Virus record (IMG/VR): IMGVR_UViG_3300037557_000128
Location: 15,349 to 79,348 of that record
Reading direction: 5' to 3' (one strand)
DNA length: 64,000 bases
Source of the DNA: a virus
This document shows, one piece after another, positions 1 through 9,890 of the stretch. Made by a program: the position numbers and the translations under genes. Within the stretch, counting starts at the first letter, position 1. The number at the start of each line of letters is the position of its first letter. The notes beneath the pieces are model-generated. The model was not told the origin of the DNA. It ran no database searches and worked only from the letters and a program-made list of their open reading frames with translations.

Positions 1-933
1 TTTACACTCCGACATTATTTCAGTCAAACAGGCGACAAAGTTAATTTCATCGTCCATAGAAAATGCAGCTTTATATTGATAGTCTGCAATAATCAAAACA
101 CACGCAGGAACTGAAGATGGTTCTAGTTCTGTTTCAAGTGCATTGAATAATTTTCTGAATAGTGTAGTAAAATCGTTATCAGAATTCTGACCGACCCACT
201 TTCTCATACCTTTCCAGTTCTTTTCTCTAATCATATTTATGAGAGGTCTAAGTTTCTCTTCATTCAAAGAAGAAAGTAACCCCGAATCAATAACACCACT
301 GACCCCATACCTTTGCATTTCATTTAGAACACGTCTAAAGTCGGGGAAGAATCTCATAATCAATTCTGCAAGGACTGGTTCGTCTGCAGTTATGTTTTCT
401 AGTTCACATATGTTTCTAGTTCTTGCCAACATTTGTTGTGCGAGAACAGGTTTCTCTGAGGGGTTGATTTTGAAATCAATTACAGTTGTTCTAGAGTGTA
501 ATGCAGGAATGATTCTATTCTTATAGTTACAAGTGAATATGAATCTACAATTAGAAGAGAACTCTTCTATGAATCCTCTCAATGCAGGTTGAACACTCTC
601 TGCATTAATATAATCTGCCTCGTCAAGGATAACCACTTTCGGGCCACCACCCAACGACATAGTACTAGCAAAGTTTTTGATTTTGGTTCTGAGTGTATCA
701 ATCAATCGTCCTTCATCAGAACCGTTAATAATAATATAATCTGCACCAAGTTCATTACACAATGCTCTTGCGATTGTAGTTTTACCACAACCTGCTGACC
801 CACTTAAAAGTAAATTAGGGATTTCACCCTGTTTTACAAATTCTTTAAATTGGTCTTTGAAACTTTTAGGTAATATAGTATCGTCAATTGTTTGTGGTCG
901 ATACTTTTCCACATATAAAAATTCTTCAGTCAT
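1..933 (-). CDS. gp44: Clamp loader large subunit (T4 gp44-like), runs off window start; not in ORF track
   Basis: Manual translation from ATG at 933: MTEEFLYVEKYRPQTIDD...GSAGCGKTT (Walker A)...ILDEAD (Walker B)...ALHSR; follows gp45. Confidence 0.93.
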   Translation of the reverse strand, partial: MTEEFLYVEKYRPQTIDDTILPKSFKDQFKEFVKQGEIPNLLLSGSAGCGKTTIARALCNELGADYIIINGSDEGRLIDTLRTKIKNFASTMSLGGGPKVVILDEADYINAESVQPALRGFIEEFSSNCRFIFTCNYKNRIIPALHSRTTVIDFKINPSEKPVLAQQMLARTRNICELENITADEPVLAELIMRFFPDFRRVLNEMQRYGVSGVIDSGLLSSLNEEKLRPLINMIREKNWKGMRKWVGQNSDNDFTTLFRKLFNALETELEPSSVPACVLIIADYQYKAAFSMDDEINFVACLTEIMSECK

Positions 934-969
934 TCATTCCGTCCATAATAAAAAGTCAAAAATCCCCAC

Positions 970-1056
970 CTATTTTTGTGTGTGTATCGCCTGTGTAGAA
1001 TGATGAGAAGGATACACTCCCATGACAAAGTCGAGATAGAACAATTGCCATTTCAT
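970..1056 (-). CDS. Possible 28-aa peptide MKWQLFYLDFVMGVYPSHHSTQAIHTQK
   Basis: ATG..TAG ORF directly behind TATAAATA (1060-1067); no recognisable homology. Confidence 0.3.
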   Translation of the reverse strand: MKWQLFYLDFVMGVYPSHHSTQAIHTQK

Positions 1057-1067
1057 TATTATTTATA

Positions 1068-1733
1068 CTAGGAACCGTATTTTGAATCGGGTTCTAGTGC
1101 AATAAAATACTCTAAATCTATATCTGCATTTTTGAAGTGCGAGATACCTTTAGAGGATACTGATACATCATAATTACCAGTTAGTATTTTAAGATTTTCA
1201 ATCTTAAAGTTCATAGAATACTTAGTTCCATCACCTTCACCCACTACTCGTGAGAAGGTATTAGAAGCTGCATTCTTTTTATCACTTACAGTTAGAGATA
1301 CGGTTGTGCCGTCTGACTCTAACACTAGGTCATTCACACCTAGAACACTTGACGCTTTTTGCAGGTCTCCCAACAATGTTGAGGTAACCTTAAAACTAAT
1401 CTCTGCATCAGGCATTGTTATCATTTTATCGGGTGCAACAACCATTCCTTCAGATGCATAATAGTATGCAAGTTTAGAATTGTTATCTGCAATCGACAAC
1501 GAGGATTCACCAAAGTCAAAATCGGGGTCTTCCATTAAGGAAGTTGCACCCAAGAATTCAGGCAAATTGTATATAGAAAAATTAGTTGGGAACGATTCAC
1601 TTACAGTTGCTACTGCAAGAATATTTTTCATATTGGAAATCGTCTCTAACTTATTTCCTTCTTTAACTCGGATTCCCGAATTAATTGTTGAGAAGTTCTT
1701 TAGAACATCTTTTGTATTATCACTTATTTTCAT
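1068..1733 (-). CDS. gp45: Sliding clamp (T4 gp45-like)
   Basis: MKISDNTKDVLKNFSTINSGI...FKIENLKILTGNYDV...YFIALEPDS; GGAG upstream of ATG 1733; adjacent to gp44. Confidence 0.93.
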   Translation of the reverse strand: MKISDNTKDVLKNFSTINSGIRVKEGNKLETISNMKNILAVATVSESFPTNFSIYNLPEFLGATSLMEDPDFDFGESSLSIADNNSKLAYYYASEGMVVAPDKMITMPDAEISFKVTSTLLGDLQKASSVLGVNDLVLESDGTTVSLTVSDKKNAASNTFSRVVGEGDGTKYSMNFKIENLKILTGNYDVSVSSKGISHFKNADIDLEYFIALEPDSKYGS

Positions 1734-1737
1734 CACG

Positions 1738-2010
1738 TTAATTCTCCAAATCATGAATATATAATTGTATGATAGCATAGTGTAAGACTTTCAATAAATC
1801 TTTTCTATTCTTACCACCCTTTTTTCCATATCGTTGTGCATATTTCAATACATTTCCGAGACAGAATCCTTCACCATGACCAGCGTCGATGATAAATTCA
1901 GTTGCTTGATACTGGTTCAAACTATAATGTTGGTCATAGGTTGAGTCAATATACGATTGGAGCTCCTTAATTAGAGCTCCTTCGTTATATTTGTATTCAG
2001 TTTCAGACAT
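1738..2010 (-). CDS. DUF3310-like protein
   Basis: HY...GFCLGNVLKYAQRYGKKGG...DLLKVLHY pattern; likely start MSETEY at 2010. Confidence 0.7.
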   Translation of the reverse strand: MSETEYKYNEGALIKELQSYIDSTYDQHYSLNQYQATEFIIDAGHGEGFCLGNVLKYAQRYGKKGGKNRKDLLKVLHYAIIQLYIHDLEN

Positions 2011-2011
2011 A

Positions 2012-3280
2012 CTATCCATTATACTCTTCAGACTCTGATTCGTCAATAGGGTTTTCAGTCACAGTATTTTCCTCAAGGTCTATACCGTCATCAACCTTAG
2101 TGTAGAGGTCAAGAATGGACGCTCTAGTCTCAGAATCGAATCTTGAAATGCACATTTCAATGGACTTCATTTTATCACCAAACATTCTGAATGCATTCAC
2201 AATGTGAACCAATCTTCTAGTGGTAACAACATCATCAATCGCACCTTCATAGTAGGATTTTCTGATTATATCTGCCCAGTCCACTAACTTCTCAACGAAG
2301 TCTGAGTCAACCGAACCAGTCAATTCCATTTCTTTCGAAAGAATTGATTTCTCAGTTTTCACTGGTGGATATTCTTGTTGCATTGTAATCGCAAATCTTT
2401 CCAACATGGCTTCGTTCATGATTTGAGTTCCTATGAACTTTCCATCGTCTGAACCTTGACCTTTGGTATTTGCAGTCGCAAGGATTGTAAACCCAGCAGT
2501 AGGTGAAACCCACTCACCAGTTTTCTTGATTAAGTATCCTTTACCCTCAAGAACTGATTGTAAACACATCAATTTGTTTGAACCCAAGTCAACCTCATCA
2601 AGAAGAAGGACAGCGCCTTTCCTCATTGCTTTGATAACTGGGCCTTCTCTAAACATGATGTCGCCACCTTGTAAAGTGTGTCCACCCATTAAATCATCTT
2701 CATCAGTCTCAATGGTAATGTTCACTCTGAACAATTCTCTTTTTAATTGAGCACAAACTTGTTCAACCATTAGGGTTTTACCGTTACCACTCAAACCAGT
2801 TACGAAAACTGGGAAAAAGATTTTGGATTTAATGATTCCTTTAACGTCTTTGAAATGTCCAAAAGGAACATAGTTTGACATTTTTTCAGGAATGATTTTC
2901 ACATTATCCAGTATGTTAAAACTTGAAGTCTTAGCTGCGACTGGCATTTGTGCAGGATTATTCACTGCAGGAACAGGTGCAGGTGCAACTGGCGTTACAG
3001 GAACAATCGGAGTTACGTTTTGTGGTTCATAACCACCGTTGTAACCACTGATTACTGCTTCAAGATTGAAGGTATTCGCACCAACTTTGAAATCATATCT
3101 AGATGATTTACACCAGTAAGGCATTCCACCAATTTTGTCAAAATCTTCCTTAGTGAAGGAAGTTTGATTGGGGAAAGCACCAGTAAGCGCCCCTAGAAAT
3201 TCTTTTCTATCGGGCGTGAAATTGAAATCCTTGTCGCAAATGACAACGGACTCAGACCTATCATAACTTCTATCAGTCAT
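2012..3280 (-). CDS. cobS: CobS-like / MoxR-type AAA+ ATPase
   Basis: GLSGNGKT, LLLDEVD, ATANTKGQG, NEAMLERF, TTRRL motifs. Confidence 0.85.
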   Translation of the reverse strand: MTDRSYDRSESVVICDKDFNFTPDRKEFLGALTGAFPNQTSFTKEDFDKIGGMPYWCKSSRYDFKVGANTFNLEAVISGYNGGYEPQNVTPIVPVTPVAPAPVPAVNNPAQMPVAAKTSSFNILDNVKIIPEKMSNYVPFGHFKDVKGIIKSKIFFPVFVTGLSGNGKTLMVEQVCAQLKRELFRVNITIETDEDDLMGGHTLQGGDIMFREGPVIKAMRKGAVLLLDEVDLGSNKLMCLQSVLEGKGYLIKKTGEWVSPTAGFTILATANTKGQGSDDGKFIGTQIMNEAMLERFAITMQQEYPPVKTEKSILSKEMELTGSVDSDFVEKLVDWADIIRKSYYEGAIDDVVTTRRLVHIVNAFRMFGDKMKSIEMCISRFDSETRASILDLYTKVDDGIDLEENTVTENPIDESESEEYNG

Positions 3281-3567
3281 TACGCTGCCTCCAACATTCC
3301 AAGAGGAACCGAATATCTTCCATTCGGAAGTTCGACAGTCGCCCTTTTGATTTTCACTTTGATAACAGTACCAAGTGTTTTCTTGGTTTTCTGTACCACA
3401 TAAACCTTAGAACCAGCAACTATGGTAGATTTACCAAGTTCGGTTTTAAGGGAATTTACCAAAGAACTAACGGCATTCAATTCCGCTAGAGAACTGAGGG
3501 ATTTCAGTTCTTTTGTCAATTTTGCATTTATCATATTATCTCCTAATTGCAATTTATTTCTCATCAT
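3280..3567 (-). CDS. Hypothetical early protein (SH3-like C-terminus); alternative start at 3534
   Basis: ORF directly behind an early promoter; AGGAG before Met12. Confidence 0.7.
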   Translation of the reverse strand: MMRNKLQLGDNMINAKLTKELKSLSSLAELNAVSSLVNSLKTELGKSTIVAGSKVYVVQKTKKTLGTVIKVKIKRATVELPNGRYSVPLGMLEAA

Positions 3568-3605
3568 GTTTATAGCTTAACAAAAAAGTGTAGTCATTGT
3601 CAAGC
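3568..3605 (-). promoter_or_regulatory. Sigma70-type early promoter
   Basis: gcTTGACA (3598-3603)-18 nt-TAAGCT (3574-3579); one of four similar copies. Confidence 0.85.
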
Positions 3606-3606
3606 T

Positions 3607-3897
3607 TTATTTTATCGGTTGTAGTAAAATTTTGGTGGATTCAATAATAGGTTTGGGATAATTACCCTTCCTATTCTGAAACTTATGTCTTCCATAAACG
3701 TCTTCACCTTCATTAGTCCAAACTCTAAATGCCTTACATTCTACCATTTGTTCAGCACATATTTTCCTATTACTACATTCGAACTTTTCGCATGGTGACG
3801 GCCCAACGTCCGTGATTGCATCAGCAAATGCACTATAGTTTGGGTCATGGTTCTCGTAATACGCTTGGTCTACTCTTAATGGGTCTCTCGTTCTCAT
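3607..3897 (-). CDS. Hypothetical Cys-rich protein
   Basis: PCEKFECSNRKICAEQMVECKAF, four Cys, possible metal site. Confidence 0.7.
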   Translation of the reverse strand: MRTRDPLRVDQAYYENHDPNYSAFADAITDVGPSPCEKFECSNRKICAEQMVECKAFRVWTNEGEDVYGRHKFQNRKGNYPKPIIESTKILLQPIK

Positions 3898-4103
3898 GAT
3901 GTTATCCTATCTAATTCGTCCATAGTTTTAGTTTTATCCAGTAGTGTTACTTCGAAGGTATCCAATACTGTATCATATTCTACTAGGTGTGGAATTTCTA
4001 CACCTTTAGAAGATGCAATATCCACCTTTTGAGTAAATGTCCTGTAGTCTTCACTGGACAATACTGCAGTTATATTTGTCATATTATTATATTCAATTTC
4101 CAT
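3894..4103 (-). CDS. Hypothetical protein
   Basis: 69-aa ORF tightly packed between neighbours (ATGA overlap). Confidence 0.65.
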   Translation of the reverse strand: MEIEYNNMTNITAVLSSEDYRTFTQKVDIASSKGVEIPHLVEYDTVLDTFEVTLLDKTKTMDELDRITS

Positions 4104-4104
4104 T

Positions 4105-6543
4105 TTACGCTATCTCCTTTATAAATTCGTTAGTCAAGAACCTTGAAGTGGTTTTTGACTTTTGGTTTCTTTTGAACGCACCCAAAAGTTTTCTTTTGCT
4201 TGCACCTACTAAGTCATCGTCTAACTCTGAATCACCTGCAACACTAAGTGCAGTAGATGAAGTTAGGAACAACTTGTTATATCCTAGACAATTTACTGCA
4301 ACACCTTCTTTTCTGATTGCTCTCCAAGTGGAGTCAATGTCCATTGTAGGTAAGTTGTATTTCATGTCCCAAAGGTCTTGTTTTCTACCCAAGACAAAGT
4401 ATCCAGTAACAATACAATTAGTCTCTGCAGAAATCCACTCTAGGATATTCTGAGTTTGATTAAATGAACTATTACCACTACAGTCTGAATCGTAGTAAAT
4501 GTAAGACTTGTTATGATATGGGTCAATCAAGTATCTTTTCTTTCTGCTTCTCCAATAACCATCATCACCATCTTGTTGTTCTCTAATTTCTTCATACTCT
4601 GTATCTGATTCTCTAAAACATTGAGACCTATGTGAATACCCGTCCGTGATTACAGTCAAGATTGATTTCTCGATACCGTACTCTGCTGTAAATTCGGGGA
4701 TTAAAACTCTCATTGCAGCTAGTGTATGGTCAAGAGGTGTACCGCCTAAGTGGTATCCTCTAGGTTCCCAGTATCTAGGCATATCATACCAATGACCAGT
4801 ATCGGGGTCGTATTCTAAGTGGTCTATATCACCATACCATTCGTTATGTGCCTCAACTACCTTTTCAAAACTTCTGTACCTTCTACTTTCCCAGTAGTGG
4901 TGACTCCACAAGTGTGAAAAGTTAACGTGTGCTTTTATAAAATCTTTTGAAGACTGTTTATCACTAAACATTTCGACCAATCTAGTTTCACCACTTTTCC
5001 ATTCATCGGGGTCTTCATTGCCAGTCTGATATGCATCAGTAAACAAGTAAACTCTATGTGGTATTTGAACCTTCCTGCAGAAGTCAACAAGAATCATGCA
5101 TTGTTCGATAAGGTCTGAAGCCTCTCTGCAGATTGAACCACTCCAATCCAACATGATTTGTATCCCATGATTTTTACCATCAGGAATCATTGTAACTTTT
5201 CTGAAAATGTCATCAACGATTTGGTATTTTGCAAGTTTGTTCATATCTAACTTACCAGTTTTACCTTCAAACGCTTTAACACTTCTCATTGCAGTTTGTT
5301 TCATTTCAAATTCTTTTGCCATGTGAGCGACAACTTTTTTATTTTTATCTCTTAATTTTCTAGAAGTATGTTGTGCTTTTGCTAACATTGTATCATATTC
5401 TTCTTGGTTTCTATAAGAGTTTTCTAAATTAGGATTCCAATGTAAATCCCAGTCTTTATTAACACTTTTGTAACCAACGACTATGCCTTTAAAATGGTTT
5501 TCTTTTTCAAATTGTTCTTTTAAAAGAAGTGTTGAAGAGTAAATGTTGTCTTCTGAAAGGAATTGTTCTTCGTTGTTATGTGCATGATGTTCAGTGATTG
5601 ATTCTCTCGCACCCTCTTCATCATCATAAGAACCTTCCCATTCCTGAGAATTTCCACCCTCTCTTCCAGTAGTTTTCCTATTTTTATTTGAAGAGTCTTC
5701 ACCTTCTCCACCTTCTGAATCAGCGTCTGATTCTGCTTCATCTTCTGCATTATCATCTTCTGCAGGGTCTCCAGCAGAAGAATCGGTAGGTGGAGTATCG
5801 GGAAGACTATCGTCCTCATCATCATCTTCTATAGGATTATCACCTTCACCAAAATCATCATTATCAGAAGAATCCTCTCCGAAGTCTCCATCATCAGAAT
5901 CCATTTCTTCACCATCTTCATCTTCCATGTCAGGCATATCTAAAGTCTGAGGAATAATTGACTTGTCCATTTCGTCTCTAGTCTCATTTTCTTTAGACCA
6001 TTCGTAAATCGCATTTGCACACTCTTCAACCTCGTCCCAAGTTTTACAGTCTTCTGCCATTTGAAGAAAACTTGCCTCTTCTGAGTTAAGTGTGATTTTT
6101 ACTCTTGAACCAACTTTAGTAATCAAGTTGATTTTATCAATAAGTGATAGACCGTTAACGTCTTTAGATTTAATTCCAAAGAAGTCCAGTCCCATTAATT
6201 CGTTATATGCCTTGAAGAATGACTTCCTAAGGCCAGGATATTTGTTTTTAATTGCTTTCTCAATCCTTACGTCTTCAACAACGTTAAGGTATCCTTTAAG
6301 TGTTCTATTTTTAGTCAATGCAGAATGAACACCTTCATATGGCGTATTCAATGCATGACCAACCTCATGACCCATAAACAAGTCATAAAGTTCATCTGAT
6401 AAATCGTCCTTAAATATAGGGCAACAAAGAATCCTATTTTTCATATCAAAATATGCAGTAGGAACCTTCTTATGAACTATAGTAAGGTTTTCGGTTGCCA
6501 TTAACTTGGCAAGTTGGTCTTTTTGAGTCTTTTTATTTGTCAT
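4105..6543 (-). CDS. Metallopeptidase-vWA (CobT-like) protein
   Basis: N-terminal HEVGH...NVVEDVRIE zincin motif, long D/E-rich linker, vWA MIDAS DWSGS...TPL...ITDG. Confidence 0.8.
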   Translation of the reverse strand: MTNKKTQKDQLAKLMATENLTIVHKKVPTAYFDMKNRILCCPIFKDDLSDELYDLFMGHEVGHALNTPYEGVHSALTKNRTLKGYLNVVEDVRIEKAIKNKYPGLRKSFFKAYNELMGLDFFGIKSKDVNGLSLIDKINLITKVGSRVKITLNSEEASFLQMAEDCKTWDEVEECANAIYEWSKENETRDEMDKSIIPQTLDMPDMEDEDGEEMDSDDGDFGEDSSDNDDFGEGDNPIEDDDEDDSLPDTPPTDSSAGDPAEDDNAEDEAESDADSEGGEGEDSSNKNRKTTGREGGNSQEWEGSYDDEEGARESITEHHAHNNEEQFLSEDNIYSSTLLLKEQFEKENHFKGIVVGYKSVNKDWDLHWNPNLENSYRNQEEYDTMLAKAQHTSRKLRDKNKKVVAHMAKEFEMKQTAMRSVKAFEGKTGKLDMNKLAKYQIVDDIFRKVTMIPDGKNHGIQIMLDWSGSICREASDLIEQCMILVDFCRKVQIPHRVYLFTDAYQTGNEDPDEWKSGETRLVEMFSDKQSSKDFIKAHVNFSHLWSHHYWESRRYRSFEKVVEAHNEWYGDIDHLEYDPDTGHWYDMPRYWEPRGYHLGGTPLDHTLAAMRVLIPEFTAEYGIEKSILTVITDGYSHRSQCFRESDTEYEEIREQQDGDDGYWRSRKKRYLIDPYHNKSYIYYDSDCSGNSSFNQTQNILEWISAETNCIVTGYFVLGRKQDLWDMKYNLPTMDIDSTWRAIRKEGVAVNCLGYNKLFLTSSTALSVAGDSELDDDLVGASKRKLLGAFKRNQKSKTTSRFLTNEFIKEIA

Positions 6544-6581
6544 GGTTATAGCTTAACAAAAAAGCGTATGCATTGTCAAGC
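6544..6581 (-). promoter_or_regulatory. Sigma70-type early promoter (leaderless)
   Basis: TTGACA 6574-6579, 18 nt, TAAGCT 6550-6555, 6 nt, ATG. Confidence 0.85.
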
Positions 6582-6582
6582 A

Positions 6583-6771
6583 TCACCTTTTTAATGTTAT
6601 GAATTTTCTCCTTGATTTTGAGAATAGTGTGGACGGTTTGGAATAGAATATCTCTTCCTTAGTCCCTGTTTTGATATATCCAATATTCTGTTTTTTCTCA
6701 TTGAATATGTAAGTGTGATTGGGTACTTTGTGTTCACCCCAATCCGTGATTTCTTTAAGATAACTATACAT
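6583..6771 (-). CDS. Hypothetical protein
   Basis: MYSYLKEITDW...PNHTYIF...FSKSRRKF; TAATG coupling with upstream gene. Confidence 0.7.
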   Translation of the reverse strand: MYSYLKEITDWGEHKVPNHTYIFNEKKQNIGYIKTGTKEEIFYSKPSTLFSKSRRKFITLKR

Positions 6772-6989
6772 TAAATTGCGAACCAATCGTCAAAATTGTT
6801 GTAGATTTGGTCGGTTAGAATCGTTCTTGCATAATCCACGATGTTTGCACCGTGAGCTGAATCACCAGTGAATTTTGACACTTTGGTCAAGTTTGCTGGA
6901 TTTAGTTTGGATACTACGTCCACATCGGACATAGCTGCGACATCATCAATGATTCCATCTATTATCGCATCGTTTATTGGGTTTGACAT
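6771..6989 (-). CDS. Hypothetical early protein
   Basis: 72-aa ORF with AGGAG RBS behind an early promoter. Confidence 0.7.
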   Translation of the reverse strand: MSNPINDAIIDGIIDDVAAMSDVDVVSKLNPANLTKVSKFTGDSAHGANIVDYARTILTDQIYNNFDDWFAI

Positions 6990-7014
6990 ATTTTCTCCTA
7001 TTTCTTTACTTTAT

Positions 7015-7052
7015 GTTAATAGCTTAACATAAAACAGGAGTCGTTGTCAAGC
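7015..7052 (-). promoter_or_regulatory. Sigma70-type early promoter (leadered)
   Basis: TTGACA 7045-7050, 18 nt, TAAGCT 7021-7026. Confidence 0.85.
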
Positions 7053-7053
7053 T

Positions 7054-7656
7054 TTAATTTTCGTTGCGAATTGAGATTTTGTCTATTTCTAGGTTGTTGG
7101 TGCGTTGATCTGAAGAAATCATATCAGGGTTTTCAGTGAACCACATTGCGATTGTGTGTCTGGCACATCTTCGAACTGGATATACTCCATGAGAATGATA
7201 TAATCCTTGAAATAGGATTCCTTCACACGCAGTAGGTTTGTGTATATAATCTTGGTCGGGAAAATAGGTCTCTCCACTACCATAATTAGAATTAAGTGTT
7301 AATATAAGTGTCCATTCACGACTTGGTTTCTCTTCTTTTTGGTCGTGGTTTATTTCTGCATTTGAGTAAGTGTCTAAGTGTGGCTCTTGAAGACCACCAA
7401 TATCCCACTCATTGAGTGCTGACATTTCGGGATATACTACTTGGTCTGTTTCTTTATAAATTTCTGCGACACTTCGATATGCAATTCTATTGAATATATC
7501 TCTAACCCATTGGGTTTGAATGTGTATTAGGTCTATTGCACGGTAATCTGAACCGTCTCCAATACTACGCTTGTGCTTGTGTGTCTGATGATAATACATC
7601 AGATTGTTCGCTTCCTGACTCGACACTAAGTTCTGAATCGGAATTAGATTGAACAT
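7054..7656 (-). CDS. 2OG-Fe(II) oxygenase (prolyl-4-hydroxylase-like)
   Basis: HLD...YGSGETYF...HGVYPV...RHTIAMW; start uncertain (7656 or 7692). Confidence 0.85.
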   Translation of the reverse strand: MFNLIPIQNLVSSQEANNLMYYHQTHKHKRSIGDGSDYRAIDLIHIQTQWVRDIFNRIAYRSVAEIYKETDQVVYPEMSALNEWDIGGLQEPHLDTYSNAEINHDQKEEKPSREWTLILTLNSNYGSGETYFPDQDYIHKPTACEGILFQGLYHSHGVYPVRRCARHTIAMWFTENPDMISSDQRTNNLEIDKISIRNEN

Positions 7657-8191
7657 TTTGGATGTATTTTGCAAGTGCTTGTCTTTTTTCATACTCTATT
7701 CGTTTCCGTCTTTCTTTTGGACGTGATTTCAATGCACGTTCTAATTTCATTTTTGATGCACGTTGGAGAAATACTATTCCATTCAAATGGTCTATTTCAT
7801 GTTGAACACATCTTGCACCTAATCCGTCAAGTGAAGTTATGTGTTCTTTTCCGTCTGCATCGAAGTATTTCATTTCTACTACTTTACTTCTCTTTATCAT
7901 AAGGTATATATCGGGGAATGATAAACACCCTTCTTTGAGTAGGTCTGTTTCTTGTGAAATTCTAGTGAGTTCAGGATTGAAAAATCCTTGTATGCCGTCT
8001 TGGGTTCTCATTACAAACATTCTGACATCTACCCCAACTTGATTTGCACTTAGTCCAAGACCACCAAATTTTTTCATCGCTTCTGAGAGGTCTTTTTCTA
8101 CTTCTTTTGGGTCGTGAGTTGGGTTTTCAAAATCAAACTCCAACGGTGGGGTTCTTAAAACCTTAGCGGCTTCTTTTACTAATTGATACAT
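7565..8191 (-). CDS. def: Peptide deformylase
   Basis: GLGLSANQVG, EGCLSFP, QHEIDHLNG motifs. Confidence 0.95.
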   Translation of the reverse strand: MYQLVKEAAKVLRTPPLEFDFENPTHDPKEVEKDLSEAMKKFGGLGLSANQVGVDVRMFVMRTQDGIQGFFNPELTRISQETDLLKEGCLSFPDIYLMIKRSKVVEMKYFDADGKEHITSLDGLGARCVQHEIDHLNGIVFLQRASKMKLERALKSRPKERRKRIEYEKRQALAKYIQNVQSNSDSELSVESGSEQSDVLSSDTQAQA

Positions 8192-8193
8192 TA

Positions 8194-9336
8194 TTATCTA
8201 TTTACTACTCCACTATATTGTAATTTTAACATACTAAACTGTGCTAATCTTCCTAGTTTTGCGAGTGCTTTTCCTTCTCTAACTCCTGCATCACTTCTGA
8301 TTGTCATTTTTAATTTTTTCATTTCATCAGGCGTATCTAAATCTATAAACCATTCTTGAACAGAACTTTTATTTAGATATGCTTTAAAACTTGTTACTAG
8401 TGGTAATAGTGATGCAAGGTCATCACCTTTTTGTTCTGCAGTTGACCCAACTGCTTTTACTAATATTAGTGGAACTTTTGCAGGTTTTTGTAGATTAAAG
8501 TTTTCATAAACCCACTTTTTAAACTCTTCTAACTTTAAACTGTTTATTGCTTTACAAACGTGTTCTCTCTGTATTCTTACCATAGCCGCATACAAATTAT
8601 TTGCTTCTGTTTCATTTTGAATATGCAAATCTAAATATAATTGTCTAACATTTGCAGTTATTTTTCGGTCTCCTGATGCATAATTACCTTTGTTTGCAAC
8701 AGTTTCTATGTTTGGTATTTTAGAATAAACTCCGTCCCACAAATCATTCATCATTCCTTTTAGTGCATCTCCCTTTCCCATGTTATTAAGTTGAGTTCTA
8801 ACATAAGAGTTCAATAAAGGTTCTTTAGATGATTTTGTTCCTGCTTTTAATGAGATACCTAATATCTCATTGCCTTTAAAGAATACAAAAATATCTCCTG
8901 CATGACCACTAGGAACTCCACTTGGTTTTGCACGATAACCCCACACAACTTTTGATATTGGTTTTGTTGAACTTAGGTCATAAAGATAGTTTGTAATTCC
9001 TATTGCATTTTCTAGTTTTGTTTTTACAAACCTTTGTTCCATACTAGGAAGTCTTTCTATGAGAGATTCAGCCGCAGGTACATCTGCTGGAGCACAAGCT
9101 TTAGAATACGAACCCTTTTTCAGTTTATAAATGAATTTTTTAAAATCCTCTACACTACTGGGTCTAAATCCTTTGTTAAATGCTATTGCAGGAAATAACT
9201 CTGTTATAGATGCGTTATCTGTAGTCGCACCCATACCCTCAACAAGTTCATTAATTACTTCTTTAGTAGATGTTGTAACATACTCCAACTTGGGTTTGTT
9301 AATTAGGTTGTCTCTGTGTTCTAAAAATGATTTCAT
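8194..9336 (-). CDS. Hypothetical protein, possible PD-(D/E)XK-like nuclease
   Basis: GDIFVFF...GISLK motif; MKSF N-terminus. Confidence 0.5.
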   Translation of the reverse strand: MKSFLEHRDNLINKPKLEYVTTSTKEVINELVEGMGATTDNASITELFPAIAFNKGFRPSSVEDFKKFIYKLKKGSYSKACAPADVPAAESLIERLPSMEQRFVKTKLENAIGITNYLYDLSSTKPISKVVWGYRAKPSGVPSGHAGDIFVFFKGNEILGISLKAGTKSSKEPLLNSYVRTQLNNMGKGDALKGMMNDLWDGVYSKIPNIETVANKGNYASGDRKITANVRQLYLDLHIQNETEANNLYAAMVRIQREHVCKAINSLKLEEFKKWVYENFNLQKPAKVPLILVKAVGSTAEQKGDDLASLLPLVTSFKAYLNKSSVQEWFIDLDTPDEMKKLKMTIRSDAGVREGKALAKLGRLAQFSMLKLQYSGVVNR

Positions 9337-9878
9337 TAGTTCATAAAGACTGCTAGCATTAATCCGCTATCATTTTTGTCTGTTCCAAATGTTGCTGGTT
9401 TTACTCTGTGTGCGTGAACATGGTCAAATAGAACTAAATCGTTTTGAGATAAAGTAACCTCTTCGATTATTGATGCTCCATCTAGGTCATCATCATAAAA
9501 TTCTAATATATTATTTGTTGGACACAACCATAAAATAGCTACATGAGTTGGTTTAAAGTCTGGCTCAAATCCTGTATGAATATCATAATGAACTGCTGGT
9601 TCAGTGGTACTTTTTAGATAGAATTGACAATATGCCACATGATTAGTTACTGTATGACCTTGACCTTCTGTAATAGAAATTACTTCATCTATTGCATCTT
9701 TTATTTCTCCTGAAGAAGGAGTTAAATTTGTTGTTCCAAGATATGTATTAGGAGCTGCCCACTCTAAATCTTCCTTTGTTTCAGGGTGTCCAGTTCTCTC
9801 GTTATAGTCTAAAGCCAACGCTTCAGTTCTTAATGCTGTTGGATTTGAATGTGTATTTGATTTGGTATGTAGTTTCAT
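9336..9878 (-). CDS. Probable 2OG-Fe(II) oxygenase / cupin-fold protein
   Basis: HYDIH...VAILWL...LEFY...LVLFDHVHAHRV. Confidence 0.55.
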   Translation of the reverse strand: MKLHTKSNTHSNPTALRTEALALDYNERTGHPETKEDLEWAAPNTYLGTTNLTPSSGEIKDAIDEVISITEGQGHTVTNHVAYCQFYLKSTTEPAVHYDIHTGFEPDFKPTHVAILWLCPTNNILEFYDDDLDGASIIEEVTLSQNDLVLFDHVHAHRVKPATFGTDKNDSGLMLAVFMN

Positions 9879-9890
9879 AATACTATTTAT

